Program-made: the position numbers and the translations under genes
In this document: one piece after another, positions 35,820 through 46,069 of the stretch
Position numbering within the stretch: position 1 is the first letter of the stretch
Layout: each line of letters starts with the position of its first letter
Assembly: GCA_963845755.1 (NCBI GenBank)
Contig: CAWJTV010000027.1
Coordinates: 263,571-327,570, forward strand
Direction of reading: 5' to 3'
DNA length: 64,000 nt
From: an uncultured Planctomycetota bacterium
GTDB lineage: Bacteria > Planctomycetota > Planctomycetia > Isosphaerales > Isosphaeraceae
Notes under the pieces: model-generated
What the model saw: the letters and a program-made list of their open reading frames with translations, nothing else
Told to the model about the DNA's origin: nothing
The model's database searches: none

Positions 35820-37771
35820 TCATTCCGGAGGTGCGCTCACCTCCACAACGGGCAGGGCGTCGAACGGCTTGAGCCGATGGTCGGGGAGCGTATTATCGTG
35901 GACCAGCAGGCTGCTCGGACCGGCAAAGAACGTCCGCGACCCGGCGACGTCGAGGTTGTAGAGGGGCTGGACGGTGTCGGGTTCGATCGAGGCGACCTGG
36001 ACCAGGCCGCCGACGGTGCGGAGCGTCTCGCCCGTCTTGAGCTCCCGGGCCATGGCCCAGCCGACGTTGGCCCGCCAGAACCGGTGATAGACGCTGCATA
36101 CCAGCGACTCGCCGTTGGTGAGCGCGATGCGTAAGGTCTTGCCGGGCGGGTTATGGTGCACGAAGACCACCGGCTGGAAGCTCAAGGCCCCGGTGGCGGC
36201 ATCCTGGCTGAGGACCTGGTCGCCGGCGTGGATCGCCTCGATGTTCCGGAATCCGTCGAGCGTGCGGACCGGCGTGCCGGCGGCGAAGCAGGTCGTGATA
36301 TACGGGGCCGGGCGTTGGGATGGCGAGGCGTTCTGCTGGAAAACCACCTGGCGAGGCGCCTGGTAGCTGTAACCCAGTGTGTCGTACCACCAGACGTGCC
36401 AGGCGTCCTCGTCGTCCTTCAGGTCGGCCGGCGCACCCGCGGCGACCTCGAGCACCGGGGTGACCCGGGCGTTGTTCTCATCCGCCTGCTGGTTGAGCAC
36501 CTCGACCGCACTGAGGTCAGCGGCCATCCGCTGCTGCACGACCGTCGCCTTGATGTGGGCCTCGGCGATCATGACCGCCGTGCGCACCTCGATGTCGTGC
36601 AGCTTGTTCGGGTTCATGCCGCGGTCCAACTCCCGGCCCTGGACGATGACCGGCAGGCCGTTGTCATCGTAACCGGCATAGCCGCGGAACGTCGCGGCCG
36701 GCTGGAAGACCGCCGGCGCGTCGTAGGTCAGGATCATCCGGACCCGCGGCGTGTCCAGGACCAGCGCCCCGGTCGAGCCCGGCCCTTCCACCGGCTTGAT
36801 CGTATGGCGGATCTTCGCATGGATCATCTCGATCAGGGGGCCGGCGTAGTCGCGCCGCGGCCGCGCCCTGAGGATGCCGATCGCCATCTGGCGGACCGTC
36901 TCCACGCCGCTCATCACGGCCATTTCGGCCAGGGCCCGCGAGGATCGGGGATCGTCGATCTGGCCGAGCAATTGCACCCGCAGCGCCTGCTCGGCTCCCG
37001 ACCCGCCCGCGGCGAAGACCTTGAGGATCGCGGGGACCGCGCGGGGGTCCGTCACGGCCGCCAATTGCTCCCGGGCCTCCGCCCGATGAGCCGCGGAGGA
37101 AGACGGATCGCCCAGCCAGGTCTTCCATTTCTTCAGGAGCGGCTCCCAGCGGTGATTCGCCTGCCGCTGCTCGCGCTCGTCGCGATCGTCCGCGGCGGCC
37201 TGCTCGGGGCTCAGCCACCGCCCGTTGCGCTTCACCCATCCCAGGTGCCGCCAGGACTTCTCGCGGTACGGGTCGAGGTGGACGGCCGTCGTGAAGTGGG
37301 CCAGCGCCTCGGCCTTCAGGCCGTTCTTCTCGCACCAGAGCCCGAGGCGGTGATGCGCCTCCGCCAGCTCCGGATAGCCCTGCAATCGGGCGTTGACGGA
37401 GTCCTCGATGGTGGAGAGCCTGGCCCGCTGCCCCTCGTACTCGGCCAGCTTGGCCGCCCGCTTCTCGTCGGCCTTGAGCCGCTCGCCGATCCTGTCGGCC
37501 GACTCCCAGCGGCCGCCGAAGGCGACCAGTCCCAGCAGCCCGCGCCCGTCACGTTCTCGGGGTCGGACAGGATCGCCTGCGCCAGGTGCTTGACCCGCTC
37601 GGCATCCAGCCCATGCGCCTCGCACCATAGCGCCAGTTTGAGTTGGGCCTGGGAATCCGTTCGCGCCTTGGCCTTCAACGCTCGATACACTTCGAGATCG
37701 CGGGACGAGTCGGGTGCGGCGCCCACCAGGGCGATCAGCAGACCCGCGGAGAGCAATGCGACGTGGACCAT
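35820..37771 (-). CDS. Secreted protein with helical/HEAT-like region and C-terminal Hint domain, copy 1; frameshift near 37550
   Basis: Signal peptide MVHVALLSAGLLIALVGA; Hint from CFAAGTPV to LYNLDV..TFFAG..LLVHDN. Confidence 0.88.
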
Positions 37772-37876
37772 GGTCCCAACCTCCTGGGGTGGGTGAGATC
37801 GGGCGTGGATTTCAGCCCATTCTATGCAATCACCAAGGATCTTTTCAATGGATTCGGGACGCGCGGAATTGACTTC

Positions 37877-39883
37877 TCATTCCAAAGGAACGGCCACTTC
37901 CACCACGGGCAGGGCATCGAACGGCTTGAGGCGATGGTCGGGCAGCCTGTTATCGTGCACCAGCAGACGGTTGTTCCCCACGAAGAAGGTACGCGGCCCG
38001 GAGACGTCGAGGTTGTACAGCGGCTGCACCGCGTCGGCCTCGACCTTGGTCACCTTGGCCAGGCCGCCGACGGTGCGGAGGGTATCGCCGGGCTTGAGCT
38101 CCCGGGCCATGGCCCAGCCCTGGTTCGCCCGCCAGAATCGGTGATACACGCTGCACACCAGCGACTCGCCATTGGCGAGCGAAACCCGCAAGGTCTTGCC
38201 GGGCGGGTTGTGGTGCACGAAGACGACCGGCTGGAAGCTCAACTCGCCCGTGCCGGCTTCCTGGCTGAGGACCTGGTCGCCAGCGTGGATGGCCTCGATC
38301 GCCCTCGGCCCGTCGAGCGTGTGGACCGGCGTGCCGGCGGCGAAGCAGGTGGTGATCGACGGGGCCGGTGTCTGGGCTGGCGTCGCGTTCTGCTGGACAA
38401 CGATCTGGCCCCGCGCCTGGAAGAAGTAGCCCGCTTGGTCATACCACCAGGCGAGCCAGCCGTCCTCATCGTCCTTCAGGTAGGGCGGCCCCCCCGCGGC
38501 GATCTCGAGCACCGGGAGGACCCGGGCGTTGTTCTCCTCAACCTGCAAATTGTGCATCGCGACGGCGTTCAGGTCGGCAGCCATCCGCTGTCGCACGACC
38601 GCCGCCTTGATGTTGGCAGCGGCGATCAGCACCGCCGTGCGCGCCTCGACCTCACGGAGCTGGCTCGGCATGATGCCGTAGTCCAGCTCCCGGCCCTGGA
38701 CGATGACCGGCAGGCCGTTGGGGTCCAATCCTACGTAGCCGCGGAACGTCGCGTCCGGCTGGAAGACCGCCGGCGTGTCGTAGGTCAGGATCAGCCGGAC
38801 CCTCGGCGTGTCGAGGATCAGCGCCCCGGTCGAGCCCGGCCCGAGTAACGGCTTGATCGTCGGACGGATCTTCGCGCGGATCATCTCGACCAGCGGACCG
38901 GCATAGTCGCGCCTCGGCCGCCCCTTGAGGGTTTCAATCGCCATCCGGCGAATCGCGGGCCGGGCACTGAACACGGCCAACTGGGCCAGCGCCCGCGAGG
39001 ATGAGGGATGATCGATCTGGCCGAGCATCTCCACGCACATCGCCTGCTCGGCCTCCCTCCCGCCGACGAGGAAGACCTCGAGGATCGCGGTCACCGCGTG
39101 GCGGTCCGTCACGCTCGCCAATTGCTCCTGGGCCTCGGCGCATCGCGCCACGGAAGACGAGGGGTCCGCCAGCCAGGTCTTCCACTTCTTGAGGAGCGGC
39201 TCCCACAGGCGATTCGCCTTCCGCCGCTCGTCCGCCTCGCGTTCCTCCGCGGTGGCCTGCTCGGGGCTCATCCACCGGCCATCGCGCTTGACGTAGCCCA
39301 GGTGCCGCCAGGACTTCTCGCGCGTCGGATCGAGGTGGACGGCCGTCGTGAAGTGGACCAGCGCCTCGGCCTTCAGGCCGTTCTGCTCGCACCAGAGCCC
39401 GAGGCGGTGATGCCCCTCCGCCAGCTCCTGGTAGTCCTCCAATCGCTGCGCGTACGCGGGATCCGTCCCGCCACTGGCCCTTCTGCCGTTGTCCTCGCGC
39501 CTCCGAATGGCGTCCTCCATGCGGGAGAGCCTCGCCCGCCGCCGCTCGTATTCGGCGAGTTTGGCCGCACGACCCGCGTCGGCCTTGATCCGGTCGCCGA
39601 CCGTATCCGCGGACTCCCACCGGCCGCCGAAGGCGACCAGCCCCAGCAGCCCGCGCGCCGTCACGTTCCCGGGGTCGGACAGGATCGCCTGCGCCAGGTG
39701 CTTGACCCGCTCGGCATCCAGCCCGTGCGCCTCGCACCAGAGCGCCAGCTTGACCTGGGCCCCGGCATGATTCCCCGCCTTCGCCTTCAACGCTTGATAC
39801 GTCTTGAGATCGCGGGACGAGCCGGGTGCGTCGCCGACCAGGGTGATCATCAGGCCGGCCGAGAGCAACGCGACGTGGAGCAT
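37877..39883 (-). CDS. Secreted protein with helical/HEAT-like region and C-terminal Hint domain, copy 2 (tandem paralogue)
   Basis: Intact 668-aa ORF; same architecture; CFAAGTPV..SVYHRFW..LLVHDN. Confidence 0.9.
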   Translation of the reverse strand: MLHVALLSAGLMITLVGDAPGSSRDLKTYQALKAKAGNHAGAQVKLALWCEAHGLDAERVKHLAQAILSDPGNVTARGLLGLVAFGGRWESADTVGDRIKADAGRAAKLAEYERRRARLSRMEDAIRRREDNGRRASGGTDPAYAQRLEDYQELAEGHHRLGLWCEQNGLKAEALVHFTTAVHLDPTREKSWRHLGYVKRDGRWMSPEQATAEEREADERRKANRLWEPLLKKWKTWLADPSSSVARCAEAQEQLASVTDRHAVTAILEVFLVGGREAEQAMCVEMLGQIDHPSSSRALAQLAVFSARPAIRRMAIETLKGRPRRDYAGPLVEMIRAKIRPTIKPLLGPGSTGALILDTPRVRLILTYDTPAVFQPDATFRGYVGLDPNGLPVIVQGRELDYGIMPSQLREVEARTAVLIAAANIKAAVVRQRMAADLNAVAMHNLQVEENNARVLPVLEIAAGGPPYLKDDEDGWLAWWYDQAGYFFQARGQIVVQQNATPAQTPAPSITTCFAAGTPVHTLDGPRAIEAIHAGDQVLSQEAGTGELSFQPVVFVHHNPPGKTLRVSLANGESLVCSVYHRFWRANQGWAMARELKPGDTLRTVGGLAKVTKVEADAVQPLYNLDVSGPRTFFVGNNRLLVHDNRLPDHRLKPFDALPVVEVAVPLE

Positions 39884-40004
39884 GGCCCCAACCCCCTGAC
39901 GCGGGCGGGAAAGGTGATTGATTCAACGTCATCTTATGGATTCGAGCCGGAGTTCGTCAATGCATCGGTGCGGAGACGATTGCGATTGGCGCCCCACGGC
40001 GCGA

Positions 40005-42644
40005 TCAAAGCTCCCGATATTTCTCCTCGAACATCGCGACGCCGCAGCCGGAGTGGAATCGCCAGATCTTCATCCAGCGCATTTCGGGAGGCATCGCGAG
40101 GGTCTCGGCCACGGTGAGCCGCGCCCAGTTGGTCCGATCGTTGACGTCGAGGGTCCGGGCCGGCGGCAGGCTCTCGACCACCTCGACGGCGGTCTTGGGG
40201 TCGATCAGGGTGAGCGCCAGGATCACGGCGGGGATGATGTCGTTGCCGTCGCGGAGCGAGCGGCTGCGCACGTACGCCGCGATCGGTTCGAAGAGCATCA
40301 TGGCCACGTCGCGGTCGTATCGGCACAGGAGCAGCACCTCGGCGGCGAGCGGGTCGTCGCGGCCGAAGTCGCTGCGCGGGTCGTCGCCCGGCGCGGTCAG
40401 GGCGACTCCCCGCCAGAAGACCTCCGCGACCCGCTCGGGCGCGATCCGTTCGACCAGGGGCAGGATCGAGCCGGCAGGGTTCGGGTCGTAGACGTCGGAC
40501 GCGTTCCGACGATCGATGCCGTCGATCTCGCGCAGGGCCTGGTCGAGTGCGGCGGCGGCACCGGTGCGGTCGCTCGTTGCCAGGCCATCGGCCAGGAATG
40601 TCCAGGCATAAGCCCGGTCCGGGGCGTTCGGCAAGGAGGCCGCGATCCGCTTCGCCCGCGGTAGGTCGTTGCGGACCAGCCGCCGGCAGATCCGCGGCGC
40701 ACCCCAGATCCGCCAGATCGGCTCCTCGAGCTGGTTCAGCACAGCCTCGGACTCGGCCGGATGCTCGTACGCCAGCCGGATGGCGATGTTCCCGTAGATC
40801 CGCTGCCGCCATCGCATCGGCCCGACGTCCTTGATCAGCGACAAGGCGGCGTCCGGCTCGACCCGTGCGAGGTGAGCCGGGAACGAGCCGGCATCGGTGC
40901 GCTTCTGAGGCGGCAGCGTCTCCACCAGCTTGCGGCCCTCGGTGAACAGCGCCCGGGCCTTGTCCGATTCGCCCAGCTCGAGCCAGCGCTCGGCGACCTC
41001 GCCCATCTGGAACAGCTTGTTCGAAGACAGCACCGCGGCCCGCGCCTGGAGCGCGGCGCGGTCGAGTAGGGCGAGCTTGCGCGCACGGTCGTCGGCCGGC
41101 GTGAGGTCGGCCAGGTTGACCAGCGTACCGGCACGAGAGGCGGCGTTGGCGATGGTCTCGGCGATCGCGGCAGCCTCTTCCGGATCGTCGGCGACGAACG
41201 CCAGCGCGGCCTGGCCGCGCAAGTAGTCGGCCGTGGTCTCGCGTTCGAACGTCGTCTTCTGCACCTGTTCCAGGAGCGCGGCCGGATCCAGCCACCGCAG
41301 GATCTTGAGGCTCCACAACTTGGCCGCGTCGTCTCCCTTGGCAACGACCCGCTTGAGGTAAGGACCGAGCACCCGTCGCGCCAGCACGCGGCTCTCCTCC
41401 TGCGGGATCGGACCGGGGAGCGTTGCCATCATCCGATCGGCCGGTTCGCCCGGCCGGTTCAAGGTCAGCTCGACGGGGCCGGGATTCGTGTCGTCGATCA
41501 AGGCCCCTCCGAATCGGAACCCTTCTCCGCGCGCCAGGAGGATCGACCGGCCCGATCGGACAGCCCCGAGCTGGAACCGGCCGACCGCGTCGGTCGTCGC
41601 CGACGGACCGTCGCCCGGCGGGAAGACCTGGACCGACGTGATCGGTCGCCCTTGACGATCGACGACACGGCCGGTGAGGGTCCGCAACCTGCGGACGGTC
41701 AACGGCGGCATCGCGTTCGATTCGCCCCGAAGCGTGATCCAGTCGGAGATCGCCGCCGCGTACCCGGCCGACCGGACGACCAACCGATACGTCGATCCGG
41801 CCCGGAGCAGGGGAGGGGTCTGGAACGAGCCGTCCGCAACCGTCCGGACCGGGCCCGTGTCGAACCGAACGGCTTCCGGGATCACATAAACCGAGCGCCC
41901 GGCGCCGGTGGACAGGCCGCACCGGACCCAGACCTCGACCGCGACCCCCGGAATCGGTGCGCCCGACTCATCCCGGACCGCGCCAGCCAGTCGTGCGGGA
42001 CGCCCCAGTGAGAGCGACGCCTCGTGTTTCCCCTCGGCGTAGAGGAGCATCGCGACCTGGGCGCCCCCGACGGCGACGGACATCCGGACGCTCCGCAGGT
42101 CGATCCGACGCGTCAGGCCCGGCAGCGACGCCACACCCCGGTCATCGGTCACGGCCGTCAGCCGGTCGTTCCAGTCGTCGGGGACGGTCACGCCCAGATA
42201 GCCGGTCCGCTCCGTCTCACCGAGCCGCGCGGCCGTCTTGAGACCGGCGATCGGCTTCCCCTCGGCATCCCGGATCGTCACTCGACGCAACTCCTGGGGT
42301 TCCAGCACCAGCCGATGGACCTGGTCGGGCCGATCGACCCGGATCAGGTCGACGACGTCCAGTCCCAGACCCGCCTTGTAGGCCCAGACCACCCCCGGCG
42401 CCAGGAAGCCACGCCGCCGATCGGCCGACGGTCGATCGAGCCGGAACGCCCCCGCGGCATCGGTCGCCGTCGTTGCCAGGATCGGGACCGAGCCGTCGGG
42501 CGCCTCGCCCGCGGTGAAGACGACCTCGGCCCCCGCGATCGGCCGCCCCGAGGGATCGACGACAGTTCCGGTAATCGCTGGGCCGGCCCCGCTCTGCCCG
42601 ATCAGCAGGATCGCCGACCACAACGATACTCCGAATGCGCCCAT
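40005..42644 (-). CDS. Secreted protein with carboxypeptidase-regulatory-like beta domains and a helical C-terminal half
   Basis: Signal-like N-terminus; repeated GxVVDxxGRPI.G..V..ATTDA.G.F units. Confidence 0.78.
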   Translation of the reverse strand: MGAFGVSLWSAILLIGQSGAGPAITGTVVDPSGRPIAGAEVVFTAGEAPDGSVPILATTATDAAGAFRLDRPSADRRRGFLAPGVVWAYKAGLGLDVVDLIRVDRPDQVHRLVLEPQELRRVTIRDAEGKPIAGLKTAARLGETERTGYLGVTVPDDWNDRLTAVTDDRGVASLPGLTRRIDLRSVRMSVAVGGAQVAMLLYAEGKHEASLSLGRPARLAGAVRDESGAPIPGVAVEVWVRCGLSTGAGRSVYVIPEAVRFDTGPVRTVADGSFQTPPLLRAGSTYRLVVRSAGYAAAISDWITLRGESNAMPPLTVRRLRTLTGRVVDRQGRPITSVQVFPPGDGPSATTDAVGRFQLGAVRSGRSILLARGEGFRFGGALIDDTNPGPVELTLNRPGEPADRMMATLPGPIPQEESRVLARRVLGPYLKRVVAKGDDAAKLWSLKILRWLDPAALLEQVQKTTFERETTADYLRGQAALAFVADDPEEAAAIAETIANAASRAGTLVNLADLTPADDRARKLALLDRAALQARAAVLSSNKLFQMGEVAERWLELGESDKARALFTEGRKLVETLPPQKRTDAGSFPAHLARVEPDAALSLIKDVGPMRWRQRIYGNIAIRLAYEHPAESEAVLNQLEEPIWRIWGAPRICRRLVRNDLPRAKRIAASLPNAPDRAYAWTFLADGLATSDRTGAAAALDQALREIDGIDRRNASDVYDPNPAGSILPLVERIAPERVAEVFWRGVALTAPGDDPRSDFGRDDPLAAEVLLLCRYDRDVAMMLFEPIAAYVRSRSLRDGNDIIPAVILALTLIDPKTAVEVVESLPPARTLDVNDRTNWARLTVAETLAMPPEMRWMKIWRFHSGCGVAMFEEKYREL

Positions 42645-42899
42645 GCCTCGTATCCTCTCCCGTCTCCCAGGCGGCTCGACCGCCCGCGAGGCCGATCCCG
42701 ACGCTAGCTCCCAGGTTGAATCGTACAAGCGTCATAGGAGCGACGTCAATCGAATCCTCCACCTTCAATCGGATCCGGCCAACTGGCGAACCACGCAAGG
42801 GAGCCCCGGTTTTCCCGCGCAAGCCGGATTTCTTTGCCACTTCGCCCGCGACGACCCTCTATGATGGGGACATCAGTGAGGACCGAGGGAGTGATCGCC

Positions 42900-45573
42900 A
42901 TGGCGACGGCATTCCGGTCGGGTACGCTGGGATTGATCCGACACCTGTTCGAATCGGGTACGTGCACGGGTTTATCCGATGCCCGGTTGCTGGAGCGGTT
43001 CGTCACCAACCAGGACGAGGCGGCGTTCGCCGCGCTGGTGGCGCGGCACGGCGCCCTGGTGCTGAACACCTGCCAGGCGGTGTTGAAGGATCCGAACGCC
43101 GCCGATGACGTCTTCCAGGCCACCTTCGTGCTGCTGTTCCGCAAGGCCGGATCGATCCGCGGCCGGGATGCGCTGGGAGCCTGGCTGCACCGGGTGGCGT
43201 ACCGGACCGCGCTCGAGGCCCAGTCCGCCGCGTCTCGCCGCCGGGACGTCGAGAAGGCCGCGGGCGTGTTGCGTGCCGCCGAAACCCGGACACCCGACGA
43301 TACGGCCGCGATCCTGCACGAGGAGATCGAGCGGCTCCCCGACCGGTTCCGTTTCCCGATTATCCTTTGCGACCTCGACGGGATGACCCGCGACCAGGCC
43401 GCGGATTATCTGGGGTGGACCGAAGGCTCGGTGCGCGGCCGGTTGGCTAAGGGCCGCGCGCTGCTCCGCCGCCGGCTGACCCGCCGCGGTGTGACGATGG
43501 CCGTCCCGCTGGTTGTTCCATCGGGTCTTCCGGAAACCCTGGTCGCGACCACCCTCCGCGCCGCGGCCGGAGACGTGCCTGGCTCGGCCTCGGCACTCGT
43601 CTTGAGGGCCTCGCGCGGGTGGCTCCTGGCCCGGTTCCTGGTCGCCGGTGTGGTCCTGTTAACCTTGGGAACCGTGGCTGCTCAGTTAGGCGCAGGTCTC
43701 CCGACATCGGAAGGGTCGCCTCGCAGGCTCGAACCCAGGATCGCCCAGACGCCGGTCGCTGTCCCCAAGATCCAGCCGCCACCCCCCGTCACCGCGAAAC
43801 CAAAGGCCCCCCAGGCGAAGGCCGCGGCCCCCAGGACCGGGCCGCCGGTCGTCGAGGGTCGCATCCTTGACCTGGAAGGACGGCCGATCGCCGGTGCATC
43901 GATTCAGGTGAAATACGTTCAGTCGCCCCCGGATGGCAAGTTCGAAGCCTGGATCGACGAGGTCAAGCGATTGGGAAAACAACCATTCGGACTCCCCTAC
44001 GTGCTGATGCCGAGCCAAGGGCCATCCGCTCAAAAGCTGGCGCAGTTCGTCCTGGCGAACCTCGGCCTGCGGAGGAAGGGCCCGGATCTCTCTGCAACCA
44101 CCGGGGGCGACGGCCGGTTCCGTCTCGAGAACCTGCCCCGCGACGGCGTTGCCACCGCATCGATCACCGGTCCGGGGATCGAGACATCTGAAGTGTACAT
44201 CCTGACGCGCGCCATGCCCACGTTTCGCGTCAAGAACCCGATCGTCGCCGATGGTCCGATGATCGTCTACTACGGGGCGAAGTTCGACCATGTCGCCGCG
44301 AGGACGCAACCCATCGTCGGCACCGTCCGCGACAAGGACACCGGCGCCTCGATCCCCGGCGTCCATATCACCGGTATGCCCAACATTCCCAACAGCATGA
44401 TCCCGACGCAGGGCATCGAGGCGACCACGGACGCCCAGGGACACTATCAGATCGATGGTCTTTCCACCGCGCGTGGGTTCAAGCTCTTCACCGAGGCACC
44501 GGCCGGCCAGCCTTATGTGAACGGCGGCTTCATCTCCCCGGCGGGTGAGCCCAAGCCCGGCCCGTTCCCCTTCGACATCACCCTGAAGCCAGGGGTGCTG
44601 GTTCGCGGCACGCGTGACCAACAAGGCCACCGGAAAGCCCGTCACAGGCGCAGGAAAGCTTCCCACGTGCTTCGTGGAATACTACGCCTTCGCGGACAAC
44701 CCGTTCCTCGACGAGTTCCCGAACTTCAAACGGAATAGCCAGATCACTCGCGTTTACATCTCGGACCCTGAGGGCCGGTTCACCATTCCGGCGCTGCCCG
44801 GTCGCGGCCTGATCGGCGTCCGAGGGCCCGAGTACGAGGGTTACCTTCACGGCCGGGGCGCCGACGCCATCAAGGGCTTCGACAGACAGATGGACGCCTT
44901 CAAGACATACCCGAGTTATTGCCCGGCGTCCGACAAGCACGTCTTTGGCGAGATCAACCCGGCACCGGGAACGAAGGAGATCTCCCTCGAACTCCAGTTC
45001 GACCCCGGCCGATCGGTCAAGGGCACGATCGTCGGCCCGGACGGTCAGCCCATCGTCGGCGGCGTTGACGTCCGCACCCTCGACGTCTTCCAAGGTGTCC
45101 AGCAGACGCCCGGCGACGCCGCGACCTTCGAGGTCAAAGGGTTGCCCTCGGGCCCTTACCGCCTCGACTTCTTCCATCACGGCCGCAAACTCGCCGGCTC
45201 GCTCCGCCTGAACGGCGAGGAAACGGGCGGCCTCACCGTGAAGCTTCAGCCCTGGGGTGCTGTGGTCGGTCGAGTGGTTGACGCGGAGGGCAAGCCCCGG
45301 AATGATGTGACGATCTCCGGAGCACTTTCGATCCAACCCGATCCCGAGCGGGGCATGCTCGACAACCAGACGACGGTGGACGCCAAGACGACAGTGGACG
45401 CCCAGGGCCGGTTCCGAATCGAGGGGCTCGTCCCGGGCGTGAAATACGACGCGAACGGCGGCTCACCGAACTGGAACGACGGACTCGTCCTGAAGGATGT
45501 GATGGTCGGACCGGGCGAGGTGAAGGACCTCGGGGATCTCAAGCTCCCCCGGACGAAGAAAAGCGGGAATTGA
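42900..45573 (+). CDS. ECF sigma-70 factor with transmembrane segment and long carboxypeptidase-regulatory-like C-terminal extension; frameshift near 44612
   Basis: SDARLLERF..DEAAFAALVARHG..DDVFQATF..WLHRVAYR (region 2); LHEEIERLP..GSVRGRLAKGR (region 4); hydrophobic segment then GRILDLEGRPIAGA repeats. Confidence 0.88.
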
Positions 45574-45639
45574 GACGACTGCAAGTGGTCCGGTTAGATC
45601 GCTTCACGGTTGGATTGTGCACAGGTCTCCTCACGCCAA

Positions 45640-45722
45640 CCCTCTCCTCGTGGGGGCGAAGGCGACGGATCGCGTCCCCTTCTCCCCCGGGGAGAAGGTG
45701 CCCGAAGGGCGGATGAGGGGGT
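45640..45722. repeat. GC-rich multi-hairpin intergenic repeat
   Basis: CCTTCTCCCCCGGGGAGAAGG palindrome followed by TGCCCGAAGGGCGGATGAGGGG. Confidence 0.65.
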
Positions 45723-45769
45723 CCCTCCATCGGAATCGACGGCATGCGCGAATGCGCGTGTTAGGCGCT

Positions 45770-46016
45770 CTAATTCAATGCATCCAGGGAACGAATCCTT
45801 CGGCCGCAGCTCGGGCAGACGGCAACGCCGGCCGGATCCGGCGGCGGGATCCGGATAAACTTCCGGCAGATGGGACAGCAACCGCAACGGACATCGGATG
45901 CGTTGGCCCGATGATGCCGCGGCCTCGATGCGGACTTCCTCGGTAGCGGGAAGATCCACATCAGTTGGCGCAGGGCGTAGTTCGGGTCCCAGTTGGTCAC
46001 CAGCGCGACCCTCCAT
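45770..46016 (-). CDS. Small putative zinc-ribbon protein (likely frameshifted)
   Basis: CPICRKFIRI..VCPSCGRRI double CxxC; directly downstream of the beta-CASP gene. Confidence 0.35.
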
Positions 46017-46069
46017 CCCCGTGAGGGATTCGACGACTCGCTATTCGCTCCAGCTCGCTAAAGATTCGG

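Noticed and set aside
35820..39883. True inteins or classical pretoxin-Hint toxins
   Set aside because: No host-protein extein context or endonuclease, no His-Asn followed by a toxin domain, and no adjacent immunity gene
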